A DNA stretch of 64,000 bases from Hydrolagus colliei (taxonomy: Eukaryota). The translations under genes were made by a program, and so were the position numbers. Of the stretch, positions 1-13,025 are shown in pieces. Every line of letters begins with the position of its first letter. Position 1 is the first letter of the stretch. The notes under the pieces were generated by a model. It had not been told where the DNA came from, searched no databases, and worked only from the letters and a program-made list of their open reading frames with translations. Location of the stretch: positions 5,890,001-5,954,000 of the forward strand of contig CM068757.1 of the NCBI GenBank assembly GCA_035084275.1, in the 5' to 3' direction.

Positions 1-2789
1 CCCCCAGAAGGTATTGAGACCAGTCTGTCATCACTGGAGATGGTCCCCATTCCAATTTCAACACTGACCAGTTCTGAAGAACTTTGAGATGTGCAATGAT
101 ATATACATATAAATTGTTGTTCACTAATTGTAGAATCTGGAGCAATGTTGTAAAACATAAGAAGAATTAGTCCATACATTTGATATAGGATCTTAACACA
201 CTTTCACGTCCTTCTGACATGAAAGGCGCTTTATAAGTTTAAGTTGTTGTTGTTGTTGTTAACACATCTTCAAGGTGTCTCAAAGCGCTTCAAAGAATAT
301 ACTGTAAAGTGACTTGATAAAACACACCAGAGGCTGAATCAAATATAGTATGAATTGAGCGTACGCAGAATGAATAATAATCATAATTTTAAAAAGCCCA
401 AAATGATGAAATTCACAGCACTCCAGGCTTTTGAACTCCATTCAGATCAATCCAATTCCTGACAAAGCTTTAAGCACAGCAGCAGCAGCACCACCACATC
501 TGGGGCAAGCTACTATTCTGTCTGAGAACATTCTCATCCATCAAGGGAATGCAAAATTAGCATTGCCCAATACTGGATCCAGTAACCGCCAACTTGACTG
601 TCACTTTGTAACTGTGTGGCTGCCACCTTCAATTTCTCATTTCAGTAAATTTCATATCTTTATCACCACGCTATCACATGCAACCATTCCAAGTGTCTGA
701 TCAATATGCTTGTCCCCAGTTGAGCTTTCTTTCCATTTCTATTAATACATCTCTCGCAGAACCAACACGCTCCTGTAAATGCATCATTAGAGTGTTTGGG
801 GAAATTATTCCAGACAGCAGATGCCTTTTTTTTTTGTTGTTCCTGGTTCTGAAGTCTCATAGGGGACCAATGTTCCTCACAGAGAATATGCAGTTTGAAC
901 TGTACAGAGCAAGAGTGCTGTTTTCGGGCCTTCTTCCCATCAATCAATGAGGATCGAAAGAAAACCGGCAAGCGATTTTTCACATTTCACAGCCGTTCGG
1001 TAAAGCAACACCAAAGTCTCAGTGTTTGTTTCAAGCAAACTGTGGCTACACCACTGGAACAAAGGGGACAAGGTTATGAGGAACCTACTAAAGATCTTCA
1101 AATTCTCAGACGCCTCAGTTGGTTGGTAGATTAGTAACGTGGGTGGTGATGTGTTTCATCACTGGAAGGCAGAAGATTGTTTTTCATGCAGTCTTAGCAA
1201 ATCATGTGGCAAATCTTACCACAAAAATAGCTATTGAAGGTGAGACCACAACAACTTATGGTAGAACATCGCAAAGCGTTTTGCAGAGATGGCATTTGCT
1301 GGTTATTATTTGATAATATATAATAAACCCGGTTTTTGATACAGCACCATTAGCATCAGGAGAAGGTTTTGTTAACACTGCATCTTCCATTGATAGTTAA
1401 AAAACTTAATTAAGTAAACCTTAATGAATGGCAAAACTTTTGAGGGACATTGGCTGCTACTGCCTCCTGCTAATACAGTCACAACACTAAATCCTGTGAA
1501 GAGCAATGAGACATTGATGTATTAAAGTTATTGTGTAACATACAAAGATTATTATGAAAGCCGCTGTATCAATAACACCTGCATGAATGGCACGCGTGCA
1601 GCTCCCTTTGGATATGTACTGGAGCCAGTGTTTACTTGGTGTCCACGGTGGAAACTGGAATTAGCACAGATCCTTTTTATTGCAGAACTGAAGTGGGAGA
1701 ATTTCATACATGAATTAGACTTTGACTACGATGAGTTAATCCAGCCCAGACATTTCCATGAATCTTACATCTATTTACAACGAAACCTCAACAAGATATA
1801 TTTTTATAAATTCAGAATCAAGTTACCAGAGAACATACTTTGAAAAAATATTATAACCATGGCTTTAATGCAGCAGGAACAGACAAAAATGATGTGCATG
1901 ATTTGCAAGGCTGAATCAAGTATGCTTTCATCAAGACTCGATTATCAGTGTCAAAGCCAGTTGTACCCTGTAGTTATAGTTTAATTTCATGCCATCTTTA
2001 CACTTGTTATTATCAGCTACCAGTCAAGATATGTGAAACTTGTGTCCAAAGTACAGTGCCAGAAACACATCAGAGCTGTATTAATGTGCGCTTATCCTAA
2101 TCCATGGTCCTGGGGCATGTGAATGATCGAACTGAGGCGTAAAACTATATCCCAATGGACAGCATGCTTTAAATCTTCTTTGTCAAGGACTTAGCTTGCT
2201 GATTGCCAAGCATGTGTTTCTTGAGAATCATTTCAGAGCAGAGCAGCAACCTCTGTATTTCTCTTTTGTGAGCACAGCGGTGGCACAAGGTAACCTTTTC
2301 AACATTGCTTTCATAATCCAAACCTGCCTCAAGTCTTTCCTTTTTAAAGTCGTAATTTATGTGGTTTGGGCTGGTTTGTGATTTTTTAACATAATATATA
2401 CACATACATACACACACATATACTAACATTATTATCTGGAGCCCCTTTTTCTCTCCAAACCACAGAAAACAAAACCCACAGCACTGATTTGGATCGCTAG
2501 ATGTTGGCTATTCGCTTTTTTTCCCCCGCCCGACAACAACAAAAAAAATTCCTTGTTGTAAAACAAAAAGTGACCTGAATTCGGCATTTTACGATCAGCT
2601 GCACAGTTCTCTCTGTCCTCTACAGTTGGAGAATATGCGGAGTAATCATTTGAGTACTCTGAGAATCTCTGATAATCAGTGCATCAAATGTTGAGAAATC
2701 TAGCCAAGTCATCAAGTCAGTCATAAGACACCAGCAATAATATTCAGAGGCGAAAACTGAAGGAGTTTGTGAATGGTTGAGGGTGTCAA

Positions 2790-2900
2790 AGGCAAAACGA
2801 GCTTCCACATTCCTATTCAGGTGGATGTTATAGATCCTTTGGCATTGTTTGAAAAATAAAGGAGTTTATCTTAATGTGCTGGGACAGATTGTTCACCTCA
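2790..2900 (+). mobile_element. Deu-domain SINE (AmnSINE1/SacSINE1-like) remnant
   Basis: tcaggtggatgttatagatcctttggcattgtttgaaaaataaaggag resembles the recalled Deu consensus tcaggtggacgtaaaagatcccatggcactattcgaagaagagcagggg. Confidence 0.55.
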
Positions 2901-5900
2901 CCTGAACAAAAGAAATCCTCTAATTGTTCTCCCATTCATTTAATCCTGAATTTACCACCAAGGGTTCCAAACAAAAAAAATTATGATTGTATTTCCGCAG
3001 CAGATTTCTGAGCTACGATTTGAGAATTTGGGCCACTAAGTATATACCCTCCAGAAGCCAATGGATTTAAAAGCAGAAATTTCAGCGGGAGCCAGTCTGA
3101 CCACCCAAGTCTTTGAAGACTCCAGTAACATTTCAGCTTCAAAACTTAGAAAATGCAAGTTCATAGACAGAATAAATGGCTGGAAGGGTACCACAGAACA
3201 TTAATTCAACTGAACGTATCAAGACAACATGCAATACAAGAGGAAAGCTCAAGCAGTTTATAATTAGTCAAACCCGGAGACTGAATTGCTGTCGCGAGCT
3301 CACTGGAGAGAAACGAGTTGGCCTTTGTACTTTTAAAAAACATCGAACAACGCAATGCCTCTTTGCATCAATACACTTTGCAAAGTCTGTAAAAGTCTAA
3401 TTGAATCACATCATTGACTGCACCTCTTGCCACAAAAGATTGTTTGAATCAGAAGCTGGCCCAAAAGAAGCTTGCACTGCAAAATAATATCCCATAGCAC
3501 CATGCAGCACTGGTGGCTCAGAGAATCATTCATTAACCAGCCATTTCAGGAATTAACCTTGTTCTATTGTGCTTTAAACAATTACTGGACTGATCTAAGA
3601 ATTTCATAAGGATCTCAACTTTATTTTGCCCCAGCAAGTCAGTAGTTAATTTCAGATAAATTAGAAAAGGGCTGCTATCTTGGCTTATTAAATTTGATAC
3701 AAATAATTTTCTAAAGGATCCAAAGTAATTTATTCAATAATCCTCAATGTCATTTGAAATGAAGTTTGATTTAAAGCCAGTTTTCTTTGGTTAAAAATTC
3801 CACATCAACATATCTAAATAAAGCAGTCATCATCTGTGGTGAAGTATCTAAACCACGGTTCCAAATTGCCTTGAACCTCACCTCGAAAAGGTGAGACAAA
3901 TCAAATAATATTTTATTGCGAGTGTAATTTTCAATTTATTAACAGCAAATTTAATTTTTAAAGTACAGTAATAAGGTTGTACAAATCTGCTCAGAATATT
4001 GAATCAGGAAAATATATTCACTGTATTTTCTTCCAGCTCTGCTGCTGAAGACGCAGTGGCAGTAGGTCTCCATTGGAAAGTGGTACTGACGCTAAACAAA
4101 CCAGCTTAGGTGTCAGTGAACCCATGGTGCTGGAGGAGAGTTTGAAAAAGAGCAAACAGTAATAACTGTTATTTTTTAATGTATCTTCAAAACATCTCAA
4201 ATCGCTTCACTGTTAAATGCAGTAACTCTGTACAGTAATTTGCAGACAAGTGTTCAGCCATGGCAATGACACCCAATCAACAAATGGGAATTTTTTATAC
4301 GGGGATTGGTTGGTTTAGACTCTGGGAGAAACTCACTTCTCTTTGCAAAGTATGCCATGAAATAATGCCTGTGCAGGTGAACAGGCAGACAGGACCTTGG
4401 ATTTAATGTTCTAGCCAAGTCTGTACTGCCTTACTAAAAATAACTTTTATAGACTTAAAACGGCAAGGACACAACAAGGGTAGAAAGCAGAATTCATAGA
4501 TTTGGCCTGTTAACATCAGGCCAAACATCAGGAGACAGTTAACATCATTGCGAATGCCTTACTAGGTCACAGTGGCTATGTAATGCAGCAGTATGCTGCT
4601 GTAATACAAAACCTTAAAAAAAGAAAATCTGCTTTCAACACACAATCACATAACATAATTGATCTGATAAAGTGCTGGTCTGTCTGTCTCTCTGCCTTCT
4701 ATGAGAACCATGTGCTCGTATGACACCATAAGTGACTTGCCTGAGTTCAGAGCAACAAAAAGAAAATTCAAACGTTACTGTGTGACGAGCAACAAAAATA
4801 TTAACATAAATGGATAATTTCTCGCAACCGGTCCACTCTTTCACCTGGTGTTTAAATTATAAGGCCCTCTCCTTTAATTTGGCTTCGACAAAACAAGATT
4901 GCTACACTCAAAAGAAAATTGCCTACTGCTTTTAAGTCTGCTCTATTTGAGTATGGATTATGAATTTAAATTCCCCTTGCATTTATAGACCATCTTAGCA
5001 AAAATAGATACGTTTCATTTAAAATGAGACCATCTAAACGTGAACGTAGAATCACGTTATTGTTCTTGTTCTCTAAAACAAAATGCATTATACCCTGTAC
5101 TAAAAGCTAAATGTAGCATCACAAAAGCCAATTTATACAACAAGGTATTGATTTATATTTTCCATTACAAGCCTTTATAACCTTCAGCTCAGCTGCCTTA
5201 CACATTAAACTGACAAAACAGCGTTTTAACTTCATTTCTGTCCTGGGTTTTTTAGGGGGAGGAATAGGAATATTGTGGTTGGCATGACACAAAATTAACT
5301 GGTGAGACCTTTCTACATATTGGAGCCCTGATTAGCTTTCCCTTACATGTTAATCGCAGTTACCATTATTCTAATAATAATGTGTGCATTTGATAAAGCG
5401 CCTTACCACATCTTCAAGACATCTCAAAACACAGAATATACTGTGAAGTGAATTGACTGTATATTCTGTGGGCAAAACAAAATATGCATTCTGCCTTTTG
5501 CTTCTGGGTTCGTAGTGAGAAGTGTTCCTGCAGACCAGCTCATAAACCCTGCAAAAAGGTATTTTTTAAATAGTGGATGGAACTATAGTGAACTGCAAGC
5601 TTTGGCCTCCAAGAATCACCTTGATACAAGAAAGCTCTATCAAGCGGGTCAAGATAGGATGGTTCGATTGCAAATACCAAGACCTGTACAAGGAATAATT
5701 GGGTGTTCACTGTTAGATATGATATGACACAACAACAACAAAGGTTGCAAATTTGCAACACTGCATTCGGGACTCTACTGCGATTCCATTGCATGAAGTA
5801 TGTGAATAAAAACTGCAGGTCAGTAATTCCATGGTTCTATCCCTATTTTGTGGTCAGATGATAGCTACAAACTTTACGATATTATTGCGTGAGTCTTTAA

Positions 5901-7339
5901 ATGACACTTCAGTCCTGTAAACACTTTCAGACATCTATTACACTGCTTTTTATAGAAGTAGTTCATCATCTGTTGTTCTGTACTCTAGAATTCCAGAGGA
6001 TTTTAGGTGCAGAAAACAAGTTCATGCTGGTTACATGGTTAACTCACAGGTTGCAGCTATATTGTAAGTTTCAGTAGAGGTCAGACAAACTTAAATCTGG
6101 CTCTTCCTGATAGACACAGTGGCTATACCAAAGGATAAAGCATTTGAATAGATTCTAGAATATCGAACAACTCAATCTCTGTTCAGCAGTTACTGTACAT
6201 GAAAGAAGAAGTTTATGACTTTTTCAAAAAAAGTATAAATAATGTATGGAACTGTCAGATTTCTTTGACCACAGAATCCTATTAGGTCTACGGACCCTGT
6301 CTTTCATCTCTGGGGAATTTAATAAGATCAACAGCTCTACTCTGAACACAGATTATCTCATAAACAAGAAATGAAACAATTTCCTGCCCAGCTTCAATGC
6401 ATTGATATTTTCTTTATATTTACTGGGCCTCTGTCTATCATTTATTCATTGCAGACGTGTGGGAGATGCACTCTGACTGTGTTAAAATTCTACTCAAAAT
6501 GATAAATAAGATGTTAGTCACCACACAGAAGTGCCTTTCATAGGCGTTTTAGAATTCCACAGCCAAGTGTGAACTGACATCAGGTTGCTTACAAGCGTAA
6601 GATCTGCAAGTTTTCAAATACTGAATAAATGGATTCTGCAATAGACCACATTAACAGAATCAGTACAGTCAAACACATATTGTGGGAATAGACCTTTTCC
6701 CCCCAATTATGATGATTATACATTACAACACAAGGGTAGCTGACTCAATTGGGGAATATTGTACAATTAGAGGGGATTGTTGTGTAATAGCTACATTAAG
6801 GAGTCACTGAGGGATAATGATGATCCTAAATTACTTTCATATCTAAAATCAATACAGTTTCTCATTAATATTTGCTCCATTCCAAAAAAAAAGGAAATAG
6901 CAATAGATATTTTACATAGCAACAATAGCTCTAGGCTGGGCTGCTCTTAGACTTGTATTCAATGAGAAAATGTGCAGGTTAAAATATTCCCCTGTCTCAA
7001 TTGTGCAAATCCAGGAACAAATCGAAATCTAGCAATATTTCGTCATTGCATATCATTTGGCATTTGAAGAAAAAGATTTGGGGCTATCTCTCTACTCAAC
7101 ACAGGCAATGCCAAAATACAATAGATGAAATTGAAGCCCTGTAATCTCACAAGAGAAAAATATAAAAGTACAAGACAGCTGTTGCAAACGTGAGAGAGAA
7201 GGGGAGAGTGGGGTATGGGAAAAGGGATTAGTGGGTTAATTTAGCATAAATACTAACACAGACTAATTCGCCCAAATCGGCTTTGTTCCTGGGTTCTAAC
7301 ATTCTATCTAATTCTCTTTCATACATGAGTAAGATACAG

Positions 7340-7415
7340 ATATGTATACACATATATTATATACACACACATATGTCCACATACGCACACACACACATAT
7401 ACTATATATATATTA
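7340..7415. repeat. Imperfect (TA/CA)n microsatellite
   Basis: Visible directly. Also (GTT)n at about 243-260, (CA)n at about 2400-2420 and (CCTG)n at about 20579-20605. Confidence 0.85.
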
Positions 7416-8621
7416 TCCATATAGCAGTATAGTGCGACCTAGCACCAAGTGTCAATTTAATTCAGCTGCCTTTTGTGGCTGCTCACTAGAGCGGCCTGAA
7501 AAATACCCGCCTTCACTAATCTCACCTCGCATTGAGTGCATGTTCAAAACCTGAGACAACGATGACTCTCTTCCCATCACTGTGCTTCCACTATGTCTAA
7601 AATGTGATAGCATTCACCTGCCGAATTCTGAACGCACTTTAAGCAATCAACAGAAAAATGTCATGTGCACAAACACCGAGGGAGCCCTTGAAAAATCCAG
7701 ACACAAAGAGGTCTCAGTTCTTCTTATTTGCAAAAAAATACTCCCAGTTACTGAGAAACATGCATCCCACTTTCCCCACTTTTTCTTTTATGGATTCTGC
7801 CCACTCCAGTACCACCCTTGAAATTCTAGGTTGGCATAGTGTAACATGTCAGTTTCTTTTCATCATAGCACAAGACTAATGCTGGATATGCAAGTGTCAT
7901 ATCTTCCTGAATACAACCGTCTGGAGAGATCAGAAAATAAACAGAGGTTGCGATCGATGAAAAGTCAAGTGAGCATGTTCGGCAGATACACCGAATCTGG
8001 ATTGATGGGTTTATAATAATACATAATAATAATCCTTGTATTTTGATACAGCACTTCTCAAGTATTCTAGATGTGAAAGGGCTTTACAGAATATACTGTA
8101 AAGTGAATTGACTGTATATTTGTGGGTTTGTGCTTTGTGAGTGGGCCACACGCTGCCTGCTGAGAAATGTGCTTTATACAAGTCTTCAGTCTTGTCTGTC
8201 AGGACATAACAAAAACCAGTACAATGTGCATGACTGACAGAGAGCAGAGTGTTAGTAAAGGAACCCCTTGTTAGTCCAAAAGTTGACAATAAAGAAACTT
8301 TTTTGCACTCTTTACAAGCTGTGATAATATTTCTCTTTTTAACCAATGTTTCCAAACATCCACTCCCCACCAAGTCCTTCCAGAATGCTTTCTGTCTTGG
8401 TATGACCCAAGTACTTTTATTTTACAAGTGTCTCTAAGCACTTTACAGACCATAGGAAGCATTCAAACAGAGAAGGGAATTTAAGTGTTGATCAAATGCA
8501 AAGGTCAGGACATTTTCTTTTTTTAAAAAAAAAGAGGGTATTCAAGGCAGGGAAAGAATGAAGTAAAGGTAAGGGAAATTTGAGAGACTGGCTTAGCAAC
8601 TGAAGGTAGTGACAGCCTTAT

Positions 8622-8905
8622 AACAATAATAATTCGTGGATTTTATATAGTGCTTTTCACGTCTTTTAGATATCTCAAAGTGCTTCACAGAATATATTGT
8701 AAAGTGAATATTTTGTGGGCAAAACGCGGCAGCCAATTGCGCTCAGCGTTGTCCCACAAATAGTCGTAAATTGAAATGACCAATTTATTATTGTTTGTTT
8801 TTTCTTGAATTATTATTATCAGGCATGTGGAGTAAGGAAACTTGCCCAAGGCTTTGACCTGATGAGAATCGAACCCAGGTCTCTAACCACTGAGCTACAG
8901 GAATC
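8622..8905 (-). mobile_element. tRNA-derived SINE, deleted form
   Basis: Same family as 33401-33704 in reverse orientation. Head ...gaatcgaacccagg...aaccactgagctaca. Confidence 0.88.
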
Positions 8906-10239
8906 CACAGGAGTTCTGAACTACCGGATCATAGGGGTGATGGAACTATGAAATCTAGTAGGGAAGAGGACAGAGGCTCCAAATGTTTGGATGAGATGGA
9001 GCCTGTGGAGTTTAGAACTAGAAAGCTAGCAAGGAGAGTGTGGGAGAGGTTTAACGGGTCATTTAAAAATGCACAATAGTCATTTCTATCAAACAGAATA
9101 ATATGTTCCAGAGACATTGGCACTTGGCATCCCTATGATGAGAACTAACAATAGTCAACACAATGAATTTACATAGGACATACAGCACAAAAACAGGCCA
9201 CTCTTCCTAAACACAACAGTAATTTCTTCGCTGGTCAGAGATGTAAAATTATATATATATTTTTTTAATTGCCGGATAAAGAAAGGGCTTGGCTGTGAAA
9301 GTCTCCATTTCGAACACACCTTCCTTTACCAACATCCATTCCTCTTTAATCCTCCTTTAACCGTGCTGAAATCCACTGCCGACAGTTCTTAATATAAACA
9401 GTTAATATTCTCGTTATAATTCTAATAAAGTAACTTATGGAAATAACACACAGCCAGCTGTGTAATCGGCCTTTCATTGTATAAGTGAGAGATTCAGGTA
9501 CAAATGAGTTATCTAGGGGCTCAGTTCTGAAAAGAAGCCAAAACCTTTGTTCCACTATAATTGCATATTCCACTCATTAAAAATCATATCCCTGACATTA
9601 ACGCTGTAATCAGATCCCCAAAAACACTTCAATGTAGTCACCCAATTATTGTCACACAATAATTCACAGTTCCTCATTCTCGTTCGGTTTGATCACTGCT
9701 AATGAATAGAAATGAGTCTGTCAAAATTGCCACTAATGATAATTGTTAAAACATTTCCAAAAATGTGTAGTTAAAAACAGTGGAGATGATTGCGATAACA
9801 TGGTGCCTATCTTCCACTGAGGCTGCTTCCTCAAATCCCAGCTCGCTCAATAATAAAAATAAAGACAAGCTGACTGACACGCCACAGTGTCATTAATCTT
9901 ATTTGCATGACTTCAGTCCAACAAAGAAAGTTATTGCCTTACTGCACTTCTGTAATTTCAGGGGTGTCTCCTCTCCAGACATACGTAAACGAATTACTAC
10001 CGTGTGCAGTGAAACATTACACATACTCTCATCAACTCCACTTAGAAGATGTCTGTTGCGAATCCAAAGCCGTTTCCCGGAAACTAAATCTTCACTGAGA
10101 ATTCTCAACAAATTAAGGAAAAGTCTTTGCTTCAAACCACATTTCTGTAAAACTCAGTTTGGCTCAGTCAGTGGCACTTTCACAGGTGAGTCAAAAGGTT
10201 CAAGCATTGGAACTTGGGCTCATCGCTGGCTGCAGTAAC

Positions 10240-10380
10240 GCAGTGCTGTGTTCTCGGTAGTGCAGTCCTTCAACTGAGATGTTGAACACGTCTGTGCCTT
10301 TTCAGATGGGTTTTAACAAACCCGGAGCCCTATGTAAAGAGACACTTGGATCCTGGGCAACAATCCCTCCAGATTATTTA
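10240..10380 (+). mobile_element. Deu-domain SINE remnant
   Basis: gtgcagtccttcaactgagatgttgaac...gtctgtgcctttcagatgg. A similar remnant lies at about 22800-22870. Confidence 0.45.
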
Positions 10381-11421
10381 ATCGTCCCGGAACCTTGCTG
10401 TGCAAAAAATGCCTACAACAGCAATGTCATCCAGCAGCAAATATTGTACCTCAATTTGGAGACTTTGCTGTTTTAGAGGTTGTATAAAATGTAATGATTA
10501 TTCATTTTGAAAAAAAAGCATAATCTTGCATGCAGCAAAAGTAACTCACTAGCAATGGAACCATACCCAAGTCTAGATTATGCTGAGGGCAGTGATCCAG
10601 GTAAGGGAAAAAAAATGTTCAAAGCCCATTTCTTACTTCGGGCAAAAATGCAATGGTCTCATCTTGGAATCCTGTTCGACTCCAAAATACAGTCACTGCA
10701 CTTTACAGCAAACCCTGCAAAGCACTTTCAGACCTTCTCCCGATATGAAAGGTGACAAATTAAAGTCAAGGATTGTTAAGCAAACCTAACAGTAAATTTT
10801 GAAGAGGTGATGAGTTTTGAACATCTGTCTTCGAGAAGAAAAAAAATCACTCATGGTTGACATCATATTGCATACTCTTGAATTCACTTCAACCCACAGA
10901 ATTCTCACTGAAGAGTGGATTATTTCCCCTTTAGTGATAGCGGGTTGTGCTGTAGAGAGTCTGACTTGGAGAATGAAGTGTGGGACTGATTTTGTTTCTG
11001 CATCCTGCTTAATAAACAGCTGCTTTGGAAGAGCATTTAGAAATAATTCATTTTGAAAGATAACCTCTCCCAGATTCAGACAAAAATAAGATCAAATTTT
11101 ATCTGGTAATTTAATCTTGTATTAAGGCATCTATTTTCCTGTACTAAGGTACCTGCGGTATTTCACTCACAGCCTTTCAATTCTAAGGGCATCATAATAC
11201 ACTGCTGGACACAGCAATGTTTTAGTTCGAGATTCCTTACTGCCCCCCACCCCCTCCTGTAACCCAGTCAGTTCTTTACCTGTCCATCACTTTGCGAGCC
11301 TTTTAAGGCTGATAATGAACAAATGCAATATCTGTACTGGAATACTCAAACAACTAAAAGACTTTCGAAGGAGGTTTCATACAACGCAATAAGTCAACAT
11401 GAATACTTTTTCTAATGATAG

Positions 11422-11778
11422 TAATAAACCTTGTATTTAATAAAGCGCCTTATCGCATCTTTGAGACGTCTCACAGCGCTTCACAAAATGTACTATAAAG
11501 TGAATTAACTGTGCATTTAGTAGGCGAAATGTGGCAGCCAATTACAGTACTTACAGCAGTGTCCCACAAACAGTTGTAGATTGAGTGACCAAATTCTTCT
11601 TTTTATTATAATTCTTATTACCCCCGGAAAATCGGATTGACTCACAACCAGGTTGATACCTACAGCTAGATAAACAGAGGCATGTGGAGTAAAGAAACTT
11701 GCCCAACGTTTCAGCCTGCCTGGGAATATAATCCAAGTCCTCTCGATTGTGAGGCGAATGCTTTAACCTCTAAACTAT
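11422..11778 (-). mobile_element. tRNA-derived SINE, long form with the full central domain
   Basis: Tail, body, central segment (cccccggaaaatcgg...gataaacagaggcatgtgg) and degenerate tRNA head. Confidence 0.85.
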
Positions 11779-12334
11779 AAACCAGTTTAGTCCTTAGAAC
11801 TCTTTAGTCCAAGACTCCACTCCATAGTGAGGCTGAAAAGTAGGGCTTTCAGAGGTGCTGAAAATAATAACAAAATTACACTGTATAGTGCCTTTCACGT
11901 CAGGAGGACGTCCCTGGACAGTCATTGTGTCAGACCCGGGCTGGGGAAAAGCAACTCACTTGATCTATTCAGTGCTATTGATGCATGGACAAACTATGAG
12001 CTGTGTTATACAGAGTTAAAATAGATCTGGGGGACTGTAGCCCAACTCACTGTGTCACAGTGCAGGGATAACAAAGGAGAAAAAAAATACTTTGAATGCA
12101 GAAAAAAGGTAATCGTTTTATGAGTCACATAATCTGAATACTCATAAGGGAACTGCAAATATAGATTATCCTGTCATGACGAGGACCTTAATACTGTAGT
12201 TCAATGATGATTTAATCGATGCTCCTTGCATATGAAATAAATCTTTACATTAAAATTGAGTGTCGTCTCTGCATTATTTAAATGGTGTTCTGGCTTTTAT
12301 CCAATGTACATCAGAAATGCATACACCTACACTA

Positions 12335-13025
12335 CTTCAGTACATCAACAATTACACTTTATAGCACAGTTCACATCGGAAGGACATCCCAGGGCACTGG
12401 ACAATATGGGGTTTTGGACCCAAGCTGGGAGTTGGGGTCAGAAGCGAGAGACATGGGTTTGCAAAAAAAAAGTGGTCATTTCAATCCATGACATACGGGA
12501 AATCCCGGAGACCTGAAGCAGGCCGGAGTCTGCTGAGCAGCGGGAGCGGACGGGCATGGGGTTATGAGGTCAGAGAGGTAAGGGGGAAGCAAGACTGTGG
12601 AGGGCCTTGAGGATAAGATCGAAGATTTGGACTTGATTCTTTAAGGAATGCTGAGCCAGTGAAGCCAGGAGAGAACGAGGGTGACAGGTTCCAGAGCGTG
12701 GTGCAGGAGAGGACACGAGCTGCAGAGTTCTGAATAATCTGCAGATTGTGAAGAGAAGAGTTGGGAAGTCCAGTGAGCAGGCAGTTGGCGTCGTCAAGCA
12801 GGCAGTTGGCGTAGCCTGTGGTGGAAGGCAATGGCGGAGCTGGTTGTGAAGGTATGGAAAGGTGGAACGGAACAAGGCACAAATGTGGAGTATGAAGGAT
12901 AGCTGAGGGTTGAAAAGGACACACATGTTTCGGATTGGCTCGGTGAGGTGAAGAGTGCGTCCATGAATGTTGATAGTGTCAGCCGCTTAGTTGAGGAGGC
13001 GCTGCAGGGAGCCAAGCAGGACAAC
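12335..13025 (-). mobile_element. L2 LINE 3' fragment (decayed ORF2 C-terminus plus tail)
   Basis: Minus-strand frames give LHNLQIIQNSAARVL, LLASL and LILKALHSLA, which match the L2 ORF2 C-terminal motif LQLIQNSAARVL...VLASLHWLP...YKALHGLAP. L2-type tail at about 12335-12405. Confidence 0.85.

Noticed and set aside
1583-1843. + strand ORF containing ELDFDYDEL, superficially like the IFTAP FDYD motif
   Set aside because: Wrong strand, and the true IFTAP last exon is at 37212-37385. The rest of the peptide does not align.
4568-4613. CACAGTG followed 31 bp later by ACAAAACC
   Set aside because: The spacer is neither 12 nor 23 and the nonamer is one A short. The match to the 31-bp ProtoRAG TIR spacing is not meaningful, because those TIRs do not use this nonamer.
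8209-8217. Second perfect nonamer ACAAAAACC
   Set aside because: No heptamer-like sequence at 12 or 23 bp.
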